The position numbers and the translations under genes are program-made. Of a DNA stretch of 64,000 nucleotides, positions 50,431-59,698 are shown in pieces. Location: assembly GCA_963733295.1 (NCBI GenBank), contig CAVTCS010000003.1, forward strand, positions 64,001 to 128,000. Direction: 5' to 3'. Position 1 is the first letter of the stretch. Each line of letters opens with the position of its first letter. The stretch is from Vulcanimicrobiota bacterium. Its GTDB lineage: Bacteria; Vulcanimicrobiota; Vulcanimicrobiia; Vulcanimicrobiales; Vulcanimicrobiaceae. The notes below the pieces were generated by a model. That model did no database searches, was not told the DNA's origin, and saw only the letters and a program-made list of their open reading frames with translations.

Positions 50431-51621
50431 ATGCCCGCATTCTTACGATTTTCGCCCCGAGTCCTGGCAGCCGTGCTGGCGGCGACGGCGCTCTTCTTAC
50501 CCGTCGCTTCGCGCGCGCAAAACGTTCCGCCGTACGCAGCCGCTCCGGCTCAGGATCAGCAAATCCACGGTAGGATCGCATCGATCGACGGAACGTTCAA
50601 CTTGACGGTTCAGGACGACAACGGCTACCTCGACGCGATCCAGCTGCAGCAAGGGACGATCATCAACCCGACCGGCTTGACGCTCGCGCCGGGCATGATC
50701 GTCACGGTCATCGGCTACCCGAACGGATCGGTTTTCAACGCAGTCGAGATCGACACGCCGTACAACTATTCGGGTCCGGCGCCGACCCCGGCCTACTACG
50801 GACCCGGCTGGTGGTATCCGGGCTTCGCGTACGGCTACGGGCCATCGTTTAGTCTCGTGATCGCCGGTGGCGGATTCACGTGCTATCAGCAGCCGTGGGT
50901 CGGACACTGGTACGGCAGTTCGCCTCCGTGGGGCAACCACAACGGCTCCGGCTACGGTGGAAATAACCCCGCCAAGGGCGGCTACGGCAACGGCGGTATG
51001 GGCTATGGCGGAAACAACGGAAAGGGCGGCTACGGCGGCACCTCCGGTGGCTACAACTACGGCCCGACCAACGGCAAAGGCAACGGCGGAAACCCGGTCT
51101 ACAACCCAGGCAACGGCGGAACTTCGGTCGGCAACCAAGGCAATGGTACCGGCAAAGAAGGCAACGGCGGAACCTCGGTGGGCAACGAAGGCAACGGCGG
51201 AACTTCGGTCGGAAACGAAGGCAAAGGCGGAACTTCGACCGGCTTCGCCTCGGGCTACGGCTACCACGTTACCCCGACCACGCCGCACGAAATAGCTCCG
51301 GTTCGCCAGATCAATGTGCCCGGTGGGATCGCGACCTATCGTTCGCCTGCAAACAGCGCCGCGAGCGGAGGCACCGCCTACCGCGCCCCGTCGTATAGCG
51401 GCACCGCCTACCGCGCCCCGTCGTATAGCGGCAGCGCCTACCGTGCGCCGTCGAGCGGTGCCGGGTATCGCGCTCCGGCTCCAAGCGCTTATCGGGCTCC
51501 GGCTGCAAGCTCTTACCGCGCTCCGGCTGGAGGCGGCTATCGTGCCCCGTCGGGCGGAGGCGGTTCGCACGCGTCGTCCGGAGGCGGCTCCCACGCGAGC
51601 GGAGGCGGCGGTCACCGCTAA
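50431..51621 (+). CDS. Secreted hypothetical protein with Gly/Asn/Tyr/Ser low-complexity repeats
   Basis: Signal peptide; small N-terminal beta domain (GTIINPTGLTL.PGM.V...G); GNGGTSVG and YRAP repeats. Confidence 0.75.
   Translation: MPAFLRFSPRVLAAVLAATALFLPVASRAQNVPPYAAAPAQDQQIHGRIASIDGTFNLTVQDDNGYLDAIQLQQGTIINPTGLTLAPGMIVTVIGYPNGSVFNAVEIDTPYNYSGPAPTPAYYGPGWWYPGFAYGYGPSFSLVIAGGGFTCYQQPWVGHWYGSSPPWGNHNGSGYGGNNPAKGGYGNGGMGYGGNNGKGGYGGTSGGYNYGPTNGKGNGGNPVYNPGNGGTSVGNQGNGTGKEGNGGTSVGNEGNGGTSVGNEGKGGTSTGFASGYGYHVTPTTPHEIAPVRQINVPGGIATYRSPANSAASGGTAYRAPSYSGTAYRAPSYSGSAYRAPSSGAGYRAPAPSAYRAPAASSYRAPAGGGYRAPSGGGGSHASSGGGSHASGGGGHR
51370..51453 (+). repeat. 30-bp in-frame tandem repeat (GTAYRAPSYS), 2 perfect copies plus 1 degenerate
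   Basis: ggcaccgcctaccgcgccccgtcgtatagc at 51370 and 51400; variant at 51430. Confidence 0.9.
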
Positions 51622-51648
51622 GTAACTCGCTCGAAGAAACGGCTGATG

Positions 51649-51672
51649 CGGGCCCGGAGTGATCCGGGCCCG
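51649..51672. terminator. GC-rich perfect hairpin, putative terminator
   Basis: CGGGCCCGGA-GTGA-TCCGGGCCCG shortly after the 51621 stop; weak U-tract. Confidence 0.55.
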
Positions 51673-51693
51673 TTGTGATGAACGCGGGGCTCA

Positions 51694-52920
51694 GTGCGCG
51701 AACTCTTCGCCGACCGCGACTTCGTCGCATATTTTCTCGCTCGGCAAGGCTCGTCGTTCGCGTACCGCATCGAAAGTGTCGCCATCGGTTGGCAAGTCTT
51801 TGGCTTGCGACAGCAGCCGTTCGATTTAGGGCTGGTCGGGCTGATGCTTTTCATTCCGGAAGTCGTGCTGGCGTTGCCCGCCGGCTTCATCGCCGATCGT
51901 TTCGATCGGCGCATCGTCTCGCTCCTCAGTACGCTGACGGAGCTTGCCGGAATGCTGATCTTTGCGGCGCTCGCCCTGCGCGAAACGCGCTCGCTCGCGG
52001 CGTATCTCGTGGCGACCTTGTTCGTCGGGGGCGCGCACGCGCTGGCGGCGCCGTCCGAGCGCTCCCTTCTCGCGGGAATCGTCCGCTCGTCGCACTTCGT
52101 TCGCGCGCAAGCGACGACGTCGTCGCTCGGTCAATTGATCCAGATCGCCGGTCCCGCGGTCGGCGGCGCGTTGCTCGTCCTCGGTGCTCCCTACGCGTTC
52201 GGCGCGGCCGCGCTCGCCTACGCGGCGTCGGCTTGCGGGTACTTCGTGCTCAGCCCGCGCGGAAGCGCCGGCGGCGAGGAACTGTCGCTCGCGCAATCCG
52301 CGACCGAAGGAGTACGCTTCATTTTTTCGCGTCCGGTCTTGCTCGGCGCGATTTCGCTCGATCTGTTCGCGGTACTGTTCGGCGGCGCGACGGCACTTTT
52401 ACCCGCATACGCCGCGAGCATTCTGCACGTCGGACCTGCCGGACTCGGTATCTTGCGAAGTGCTCCGGCCGTTGGTGCGGCGATCGTCGCCGCGACGATC
52501 GCGCGCTGGCCCCTTCACAAGCGAATCGGTCCGTTGCTCTACCTCACGGTCGCGGGGTTCGGCGTGGCCACGATCGTCTTCGGCGTTTCGAAGAACCTCG
52601 CACTTTCGCTCGTCGCGCTCGCCGCGACCGGCGCGTTCGATATGGTCAGCGTCGTGATCCGCAATGCGCTCGTCCAACTCGAAACACCCGACGCGATGCG
52701 CGGCCGAGTCAGTGCCGTCGAGAACGTCTTCATCGGTGCCTCCAACGAGCTCGGCGCCTTCGAGTCGGGAACGGTCGCGGCGTTCGCCGGTACGGAGGCC
52801 TCGGTCGTCATCGGCGGAATCGGGACGCTCGTCATCATCGGCCTATGGAGCGTGCTCTTTCCACAGCTCCGGCGCTTCGATAAGTTCGGCGAAACCGTGC
52901 CGCCATTGGAAGACGCTTAG
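51694..52920 (+). CDS. MFS transporter (MFS_3/EntS-like)
   Basis: G.IADRFDRR, LDLFAVLFGGATALLP, MRGRV.AV...FIG.SNELG.FESG. Confidence 0.9.
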   Translation: MRELFADRDFVAYFLARQGSSFAYRIESVAIGWQVFGLRQQPFDLGLVGLMLFIPEVVLALPAGFIADRFDRRIVSLLSTLTELAGMLIFAALALRETRSLAAYLVATLFVGGAHALAAPSERSLLAGIVRSSHFVRAQATTSSLGQLIQIAGPAVGGALLVLGAPYAFGAAALAYAASACGYFVLSPRGSAGGEELSLAQSATEGVRFIFSRPVLLGAISLDLFAVLFGGATALLPAYAASILHVGPAGLGILRSAPAVGAAIVAATIARWPLHKRIGPLLYLTVAGFGVATIVFGVSKNLALSLVALAATGAFDMVSVVIRNALVQLETPDAMRGRVSAVENVFIGASNELGAFESGTVAAFAGTEASVVIGGIGTLVIIGLWSVLFPQLRRFDKFGETVPPLEDA

Positions 52921-53010
52921 GACGTTCCGGTCGCCGCGCGCAAACGCTTCGCCAACCACGACGCCGGACGCGTCGCCGCTTCGGCGGCGGCGTCTACGGC
53001 GTACTCGAAA
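52917..53010 (-). pseudogene. Remnant copy of the 3' end of the 54183-55553 gene
   Basis: YAVDAAAEAATRPASWLAKRLRAATGTS* versus YAGYAAAEAAKRPASWLAERLRAATGTSS*. Confidence 0.75.
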
Positions 53011-53266
53011 CTTGTTTCCGAGTGACCGACTCCGGGTCGCAATGCTGGCAGCGGAACATCGGCCGCAGGAGCGACCTTCGCGGATCCCGTCCTTCTCGAG
53101 CGCAGCGATAGCGCGGAAGCTCTCGGGAAGTCGCGTCCGAGCCAGCCTGATCGGCGTTCGAGCGCTTAAGATGCAGAACGGCGCTGGCGTCGACGAAGGT
53201 GACATTGTCAGAAAGCGGGAGTTATCGGTTCCTAGGAGCGCTGGCGCTCCCGCGCTTTGGCGCGGA

Positions 53267-53557
53267 TCATCGCGTCATCCGTCCAATGGCTTTTATCAGG
53301 AAGTTCACCGCACAGCCGAGCAAGGCTGCGCCCGTGAAGCCGACAATCGCGAGCCCGACCTCGGCCGTTTGCGGACTCTTGGCGAGCCAGTACACCGCAA
53401 ATCCGCAGAAGCCGATCAACGACAGTCCACCTAACACGATTCGTTCGTTCGTCGTGAATCGCGAGGGCCTCGTCCTGGGCTGGTACAGCGCTGAGAACGC
53501 TGCCAGCGCAAAGCAGAAGCCGAACGCGGTGTAGGACATCTGCAGCAGCGAATCCAC
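53267..53557 (-). CDS. Small membrane protein (3 TM)
   Basis: Three hydrophobic segments in 96 aa. Confidence 0.55.
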   Translation of the reverse strand: MDSLLQMSYTAFGFCFALAAFSALYQPRTRPSRFTTNERIVLGGLSLIGFCGFAVYWLAKSPQTAEVGLAIVGFTGAALLGCAVNFLIKAIGRMTR

Positions 53558-53771
53558 TTAACTTTGTCCCGTCATCTGCAATATGCGATAACTCCCAAAG
53601 GGGCGATCAGATCTCCAACGAGCAGCGCTAAGGCGGCAAGTACCACGGGTCCTGCAACAGCGCAAAGAACCACCAGAATGCCGCATCTTCGGGATACTCG
53701 GCAAAACCGCGCGGGCGGGGGGAGATGCTTAGGACGAGCTTTCGGTCGCAGCGTGCAAGCGCTCGGACCGG

Positions 53772-54119
53772 TCAGTGCAGCCCCAACTCGTGCGCTTTGG
53801 CTTCAGCCATCTCGCGGATCGAGCCGAGACCCTTCTTCTTCGCGCGATTGAGCATCGAGTTGCGCACCTCCCAGAGCGACGCGATCGCACAGAGCGCGAC
53901 AAACTGCGCGCCGTCTCGCAGGTTGTGCCGAGACCAGCCCATGTACGCGACGCCGCCTCCCGTTGCGAGCATGATCGCGGGCATCGACAGCCAGAAACGC
54001 GACGCCCTCGCGTACTGATCGCGCAGCGAGACGATCAGGTTCGCGATCGCGCCCAGACCGATCAGGACCGCGACCGACTCGACGACGACGTCCACGTTCG
54101 GTGCCCCAACTGCAAGCAA
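53772..54119 (-). CDS. Small membrane protein (3 TM)
   Basis: Three hydrophobic segments and a basic tail; start uncertain. Confidence 0.55.
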   Translation of the reverse strand: MLAVGAPNVDVVVESVAVLIGLGAIANLIVSLRDQYARASRFWLSMPAIMLATGGGVAYMGWSRHNLRDGAQFVALCAIASLWEVRNSMLNRAKKKGLGSIREMAEAKAHELGLH

Positions 54120-54182
54120 TGCACGGCGAGCCAGCCCAGCGCTGCGGCCTCGCCGATGGGAAAACCGCGCCGTCGAGAACGC

Positions 54183-55553
54183 CTAGGACGAAGTTCCGGT
54201 CGCCGCACGCAGGCGCTCGGCCAACCACGAGGCGGGACGCTTCGCGGCTTCGGCGGCCGCGTAGCCGGCGTAGCGGCTGTCCTTCGTTAGGCTCATGAGT
54301 TCGATCGCGGCTATGGCGGCGCGCGAGCGGTGGCCGATGGCCTTCCAAATCTCGAAGGCCTCGAGCAGCGCGCGCACCGCAGCGTCGTCGGTTCCTTCGG
54401 CGCGCGCGACGACGCCTTCGGTAAAGATCTCTTCAGCGCGAAGGCGCCGGTCGAGGCTCGCAAGGGTCGTCGGCGAGTATTTCGAGCGGATGCGCTGATA
54501 TCGCTCGAGCATGACCCGGGCCGCTCGAGCTCGTTGCGGAGCGAGCGCCTGAGCCAAGAACAAAAGCGCCCAGCGTCCGTCGCCGTCTATCCGATCCCAA
54601 TCGATGCGCGTCGCCAAGTCCTGGGCCCGCTCGAGCTCCTCGTGAGCGGTGAGCTGCTGGTTTAAGCCCTGCGCGATGAGTACCCGGTCGACGGTCGTAA
54701 TCAGTTGGAAACTCGGCGTTATTGCGACGGTGCTCGCTTCGCGGAAGTCGCGGAAAGCGGAAAGGTGATCGCCGCTCAAGGCGCTGCACCAGCCGAGCGA
54801 TCGAAGGGTGCCGTAGACGAAGCTCGCGAGATAGGAGGTCCGCTGAAGCGAGTTGAGTCTCTCTCGGACGAACTGGACTCCGTCGAGATCGAGATCGCGA
54901 ATGAGGACCGCTAAATTGTACGTAAAGCTGGCATCACTCCAGACATCGGGCACCTTCGAGCGATCGAGTTCGTCGAGGCCTTCGCGGAGAAACTGTGCTT
55001 GGCGCAAGTAGTTCTCGTGGGTACCTTCGAGAGCGCCGAGGATGACCAGAAGCCTGGCGCGAATCGCTTGCAGCGAATAAAGGTGCGACTCGCTCGTTCC
55101 GAGACTCGAGTCGATCTCCAAACCGCGTGCTACCGCGGCGCGCACTTGCCCTTCGTCCCCGCTCGTGAAATGCCAAAAGGCGTCGAAGTATTCGAACTCG
55201 GCGGCAAGTTCTGCGCCGCTCGAATACGCCGAGGCTCGCACGTCATCGAGCGCCTTGCGGCCTTCTTCGCGCCTTCCGGCACGCGCCAGGGCGGCAGCCG
55301 CTATCGTCCGGAGCTCGATGCGGATGCGACCGGGTAGCCGCGCATCGTTGATCGCGCAGAGTTCGTCCACTGCGGCGCCCGGTTGATTCAAACGAAGCAA
55401 CGCGCGACCGCGAAGCGTCGCCGCCTCCGGATCGGTCCGCGCGTGAAGAGCGTTTAGGCAATCGTCGAGGCGAACGGCCCGAAAGGCGTCGACGGCAAAA
55501 CGAAAAGAACTCTCGCGCGGCTGCAGCCGGACGATCCGGTTCGTTCGAATCAC
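54183..55553 (-). CDS. All-helical TPR-like hypothetical protein
   Basis: Ala/Leu/Arg-rich helical repeats, e.g. LRSLGWCSALSGDHLSAFRDFREA and LLEAFEIWKAIG; no HTH or enzyme motif recognised. Confidence 0.65.
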   Translation of the reverse strand: MIRTNRIVRLQPRESSFRFAVDAFRAVRLDDCLNALHARTDPEAATLRGRALLRLNQPGAAVDELCAINDARLPGRIRIELRTIAAAALARAGRREEGRKALDDVRASAYSSGAELAAEFEYFDAFWHFTSGDEGQVRAAVARGLEIDSSLGTSESHLYSLQAIRARLLVILGALEGTHENYLRQAQFLREGLDELDRSKVPDVWSDASFTYNLAVLIRDLDLDGVQFVRERLNSLQRTSYLASFVYGTLRSLGWCSALSGDHLSAFRDFREASTVAITPSFQLITTVDRVLIAQGLNQQLTAHEELERAQDLATRIDWDRIDGDGRWALLFLAQALAPQRARAARVMLERYQRIRSKYSPTTLASLDRRLRAEEIFTEGVVARAEGTDDAAVRALLEAFEIWKAIGHRSRAAIAAIELMSLTKDSRYAGYAAAEAAKRPASWLAERLRAATGTSS

Positions 55554-55665
55554 CCCCTAACGACAGCTTAAATGAAGGTACCCGCACCACCGGCCCTCAC
55601 CTGGAATAGTCGGTCGTGAACCTCAGATTCCCTACAAAGGCGATGGCGAACGCCGTGTTAAGCGG

Positions 55666-55791
55666 TTAGTCGAGCGAGTTAGAAAAGACGGCCGGCGATG
55701 GGCTATAAGCGCCACCCGCGTCGGGGCTGACCACCGCCGAACCGTGCAAGAAGTTCAGCGCTTGAAAAACAATCGCAAGGACTGCGGCCAT
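55666..55791 (-). CDS. 41-aa small peptide with hydrophobic N-terminus (not in ORF track)
   Basis: AAAGGA RBS 9 nt before ATG; MAAVLAIVFQALNFLHGSAVVSPDAGGAYSPSPAVFSNSLD*. Confidence 0.6.
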   Translation of the reverse strand: MAAVLAIVFQALNFLHGSAVVSPDAGGAYSPSPAVFSNSLD

Positions 55792-56127
55792 GATAGAACG
55801 TCCTTTCGCCGGCGGATTAAGGCCGGTGGGCTGGGAAGACTCCCAGTTTTTTCCGCGGCCTCTCCGGGATGCATTGTCAAATCACACTTTGTGATGCAGG
55901 CCACACCTTCCTCGCGTGACCTGGCGCACACGGCCTGAGGGCCTGCCTGTGAGCCAGGAAGTGACGGTTTAGAAGCTTACCAACGGCGAGGGCTCGACCG
56001 CCCGGCGGAGGCCGCTTTGCGGATTTTCTCGAACATTCCACAACGCGGCAGAGCCCGGACCGGCGCCCCTCCATCGGACGGGCGTCTATTTACCGCCGAA
56101 AAGCGCGCGTACGAACTCGAGGAGAGC

Positions 56128-56523
56128 ATGAAGCTCCTGATCGTCGATGACGCAAACGTCATTCGCCGACAAATAAAACGGACGATCGAGGGGACCGACG
56201 GTGCCGCCGGCGAGATCGACTATGTCATCGACACCGCTGCCAACGGTCTCGAGGCGATGCAGAAGTTCGACGCGTTCGATCCGGACATCGTCACGATGGA
56301 CATCACGATGCCCGAGATGGACGGCTTGTCGTGCGTGCTTCAGATGATCAAACGGAAGCCCACAACGAAAATCCTCGTGATTTCGGCGCTCGCCGACCGG
56401 CCGACCGCGGTAGAGGCGGTTCGCCTCGGGGCGCGCGGCTTTTTGCTGAAGCCGTTCTCGGCCGAAGCGCTCAACGAAGAACTCGTAGAGCTCCTCAAAG
56501 AGCCGCGGAGGGCGCGCCGGTGA
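56128..56523 (+). CDS. Single-domain response regulator (CheY-like)
   Basis: LIVDD, DIVTMDITMPEMDG, FLLKPF; GAGGAG RBS. Confidence 0.9.
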   Translation: MKLLIVDDANVIRRQIKRTIEGTDGAAGEIDYVIDTAANGLEAMQKFDAFDPDIVTMDITMPEMDGLSCVLQMIKRKPTTKILVISALADRPTAVEAVRLGARGFLLKPFSAEALNEELVELLKEPRRARR

Positions 56524-56993
56524 CCGAAGAAGACATGAAGATCTTCGTGACGGGGACTTCGCACTATTTCGCGCAAGTCGCCGACTCGACCGCCGAGATC
56601 GCGACGCCTTTCGAAAAAGACCCGCACGACCACGTGATGTTCGATTTTTCAGCCGTCATCGGCATCACCGGTTCGCAGCGTGGCTGCGTCTACTATACGG
56701 CCCCGCGCCCGATGGTCGCCGAGCTCGTGGCACGGCTCGGAGAGCCCGACACCGACGACGACATTCTGGCCGACTACGTCGGCGAGATCGCCAACACGAT
56801 CTCCGGTAACGCGCGCGAACAACTCGGCAGCGGTTTCATGATCTCGGTACCGGTCGTTTTCCGGGGTAAGGCAGATGACGTTCGATTTCCGCGCGACACA
56901 CCGGCTTTCGTCATTCCCGTGCATTGGAAGGGCTATCGCTCGGCGCTGATCATCTGCCTAAAAGATGAGGAGCGTAATATCCGTGTTGCATAG
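56520..56993 (+). CDS. cheX: CheX-family phosphatase
   Basis: SAVIGITG..RG, DYVGEIANTISGNAR (ExxN motif), ISVP; GTG overlaps the upstream stop. Confidence 0.88.
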   Translation: MTEEDMKIFVTGTSHYFAQVADSTAEIATPFEKDPHDHVMFDFSAVIGITGSQRGCVYYTAPRPMVAELVARLGEPDTDDDILADYVGEIANTISGNAREQLGSGFMISVPVVFRGKADDVRFPRDTPAFVIPVHWKGYRSALIICLKDEERNIRVA

Positions 56994-58311
56994 AGAAGTT
57001 TACGAACGCACCCCGCAGTTCGAAGAGCGCGTCGCGGGCGCGCGCCTGCGCACCTACGAGTGGCAGTTCCTGGCAAACCTCGACGGCCAGGCTACGGTAG
57101 GCGAGATCCTGCGCAGGCTCAAGATCGACGAAGCGACGATCGCGGAGTTCATCGTCGAGCAAGAGCGCAACGGCGCGATCGCCCCGCGTCTCCTCTCGCT
57201 CGAAGAGTTCTTGAATTCGACCGAAGCCGAGATCGTCGACGAGCCGCGCCGCGAACCCGAACCCCCGCCGCGCGCCTCAGGCCCTTCGCAATCGAAGCGC
57301 ACCGCCGCGGAGGAGTTGCGCGCGATCGCGCGGCTCTCGATCGCCGCCGCGATCGGCGAGATTCTCTCGTTGATCAGCAAACGCCGCACCGCGCCGGGCG
57401 CGGTAGCCGCGCCCGCGAAACCCGCGATGGAAACCCCGCCGCCCCCCGCGCCCATGGCCGCAGCCGCAGCGCCCGCGGCGGTCGCATCGCCGCCCGAGCC
57501 GTTGCCCGCCGTCGAGACCGGATTGCGCTACGATCGTGACGACCTCGCAAGCTTTCAAGTGTTCGATTGGACGTTGCCGACTCCGCCGCGCAGCGAAGCC
57601 GCTCCTGAGGTCGAGGCGCCGCCTGCGCCCGCGTCCGAGGCGACTTCGAACGGTGCCGCGGTGCGCGAAGTCGATCCGGACTTCGGCGGCGAGATCGAGG
57701 CCGGCGACGTCGAGTATCTTCAAGCGGTTTCGGAAGAGAACGTCTACTTCGACGACGGCCTGACGATCGCCGATCGGCTGCTACGCGACTACGGACCGAT
57801 CGGTCGCGCCGCGCCCGACCCCGGTCTCGCGCCCCCGGTCGGGCCCGCCGAGCCCACGGAGTGGGCGCCGGAGCCGCAGGCGTACGTGTCCGAGCCGCCG
57901 GCGTACGCACCCGAAACGTCGCCTTACGTTACCGAAGTCCAACCGTACGTTCCCGAGTCGCAGTTCTACTCGGCGGAACCCGTTCAAGCTGCACCCGCCG
58001 AAACTGCGACCGACGCCGAGCATGACGCTCAGCGCGTGACGTTTAGCGTGAACGACCTTGCGGGTTACGTCGAACGCGTCGAACCTGCGCATGAGTTCCA
58101 GCTGTTCCAACCGGAATCGGTCCAAGACGCGCCGTTCGACGCCGATCCCTTTGCAACGAATTCGCCCGATCCGTCGACTCCAGCGCAAGCGGCGCACGAA
58201 GCGCCCCGCGCAGCCGAGCCGCAGGAAGCGAACGACAACGCGAACGCCGATCCGATCGTGTTTTCGCTCTCGGCGCGAAACCCCGACTCGTTCTGGAGCG
58301 GTAAGAAGTAG
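56983..58311 (+). CDS. Hypothetical protein: short N-terminal winged-helix-like domain plus long acidic Pro/Ala-rich disordered region
   Basis: EWQFLANLDGQATVGEI N-terminal motif; PEPQAY/PETSPY/TEVQPY repeats; GAGGAG RBS before GTG 56983. Confidence 0.65.
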   Translation: MLHREVYERTPQFEERVAGARLRTYEWQFLANLDGQATVGEILRRLKIDEATIAEFIVEQERNGAIAPRLLSLEEFLNSTEAEIVDEPRREPEPPPRASGPSQSKRTAAEELRAIARLSIAAAIGEILSLISKRRTAPGAVAAPAKPAMETPPPPAPMAAAAAPAAVASPPEPLPAVETGLRYDRDDLASFQVFDWTLPTPPRSEAAPEVEAPPAPASEATSNGAAVREVDPDFGGEIEAGDVEYLQAVSEENVYFDDGLTIADRLLRDYGPIGRAAPDPGLAPPVGPAEPTEWAPEPQAYVSEPPAYAPETSPYVTEVQPYVPESQFYSAEPVQAAPAETATDAEHDAQRVTFSVNDLAGYVERVEPAHEFQLFQPESVQDAPFDADPFATNSPDPSTPAQAAHEAPRAAEPQEANDNANADPIVFSLSARNPDSFWSGKK

Positions 58312-58315
58312 GGAT

Positions 58316-59698
58316 TTACACGCTGACGGGCGTGTAGTCTTCGCGAGCGGGAACGTTCTCCTTGGCGAAGATCGTTTCGGCGGCTTTGCTGTCGGGATTC
58401 TCGCAGTTGCCGGCTGCGGTATCGCCGTCGATCGTCGACGATATCTCGAAGAATTCATCGGGCGAACGGCGCCGGTTGCGTTCGACGATGCGCGCGGCGT
58501 AGGTTTCTTGCACCGACTGGTGATCGCAGGCCCGCATGTAGTTGAGCGTGCCCTTGCCGGAATCGTAGTGATAATCTTCGAGCGCTTTGATCAGCGTGGT
58601 GGAGTCGGTCGTCCGGGTGTAGACGATTCGGTCGGCGATGACCTCGCCGGTGATGAATCCGAGATACTGGCGCCAGTTCGGCGGAAACGCCTTGGCTCGC
58701 GCCTTGAGCTTCGCATAGATCTCGGGGGTACGGTAGCCCTTCGCTTCGGGACCCCAAATGTAACCGAAGATCGACCCGACGATCTCGTCGGTTGGCATGC
58801 CGACCACGCATTCATTGCCCGAGAGGATTCCGCCGAAGCGCATGCGTCTGTTGAGTCCGTACTTGACCGCCGTCAGGACGCTGTTGAGCGTGTCGGGACC
58901 GTAGTTGCAAAACACCAGCACGTCGGCGTCGGTCCGGCTGATGCGCTGCATGATCGGATCGTAATCCGTCTCGCCGAGCTTGTGCTTGATTTCGCCAATC
59001 TCGACGCCACCCGGCGCGGCGAGCAGGTGCTGCCGGAAGCGTACGTGGGCGTCGTTACCGAACGCGTAGTCGGCCGTGACGAAGAACCACTTCTTGCCTT
59101 CGCGCAGCAGCGGCGGGGCAACGGCGTTGACGAGCATCGAGTTCGAGCAAGTCGTGCGGAAGCAGCAGCGGTTTGCTTTGGGGCCGGTGATATTCGTGTC
59201 GTGCGTTCCGACGGCAAAGTAGATGACGCCGTGCTCTTGCGCCACCGCTGACACAACGAGACCGACGCCCGACGAAAGGCAACCCATGAGCACGTCGACG
59301 TGCTCTTCCTCGATCAGACGGCGCGCCTCGTACTTTCCGATAATGGGCGCACTCGTGTCGTCGCCGCGCACGATCTCGAACTGAACCTTGCTGCCGTACT
59401 TCCGGTTGGCATCCTCGACGGCTTGTTGCAAACCGGTGTGTTGCGATTCCGATGCGGCGGCGTACACCCCGGTAAAACCGTCGATGTGGCCGATACGCAC
59501 GATCGGAACTCTTCCGCCGGCTGCGATGACGTCGGGGGCCGGCGGCAGCGGTGCCGCGTCCGCGCGCCGCGTTTCGAGCAGCGGAAAACCGAGTTGCGCG
59601 GCCGCCGCGAGCCCCAGCGCGCCGGTGCGGCGCAGAAACTCGGGGCGCGAAACGTCGTTCGGCGTTTCGCGTCGTAGACGCGGCTGTTTGGAGCTCAA
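58316..59698 (-). CDS. ABC-type substrate-binding protein, branched-chain amino acid/LivJ-like family, Tat-like signal
   Basis: SRPEFLRR signal; GCLSSG, ADYAFG, ADVL; no permease genes adjacent. Confidence 0.85.
   Translation of the reverse strand: MSSKQPRLRRETPNDVSRPEFLRRTGALGLAAAAQLGFPLLETRRADAAPLPPAPDVIAAGGRVPIVRIGHIDGFTGVYAAASESQHTGLQQAVEDANRKYGSKVQFEIVRGDDTSAPIIGKYEARRLIEEEHVDVLMGCLSSGVGLVVSAVAQEHGVIYFAVGTHDTNITGPKANRCCFRTTCSNSMLVNAVAPPLLREGKKWFFVTADYAFGNDAHVRFRQHLLAAPGGVEIGEIKHKLGETDYDPIMQRISRTDADVLVFCNYGPDTLNSVLTAVKYGLNRRMRFGGILSGNECVVGMPTDEIVGSIFGYIWGPEAKGYRTPEIYAKLKARAKAFPPNWRQYLGFITGEVIADRIVYTRTTDSTTLIKALEDYHYDSGKGTLNYMRACDHQSVQETYAARIVERNRRRSPDEFFEISSTIDGDTAAGNCENPDSKAAETIFAKENVPAREDYTPVSV

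Noticed and set aside
51100..51460. Periodic ~30-bp repeats as a possible CRISPR array
   Set aside because: In-frame coding repeats without unique spacers; no cas genes.
52843..53205. 120-aa minus-strand ORF
   Set aside because: Overlaps the MFS 3' end and is out of frame with the recognisable TPR-gene remnant; likely spurious.
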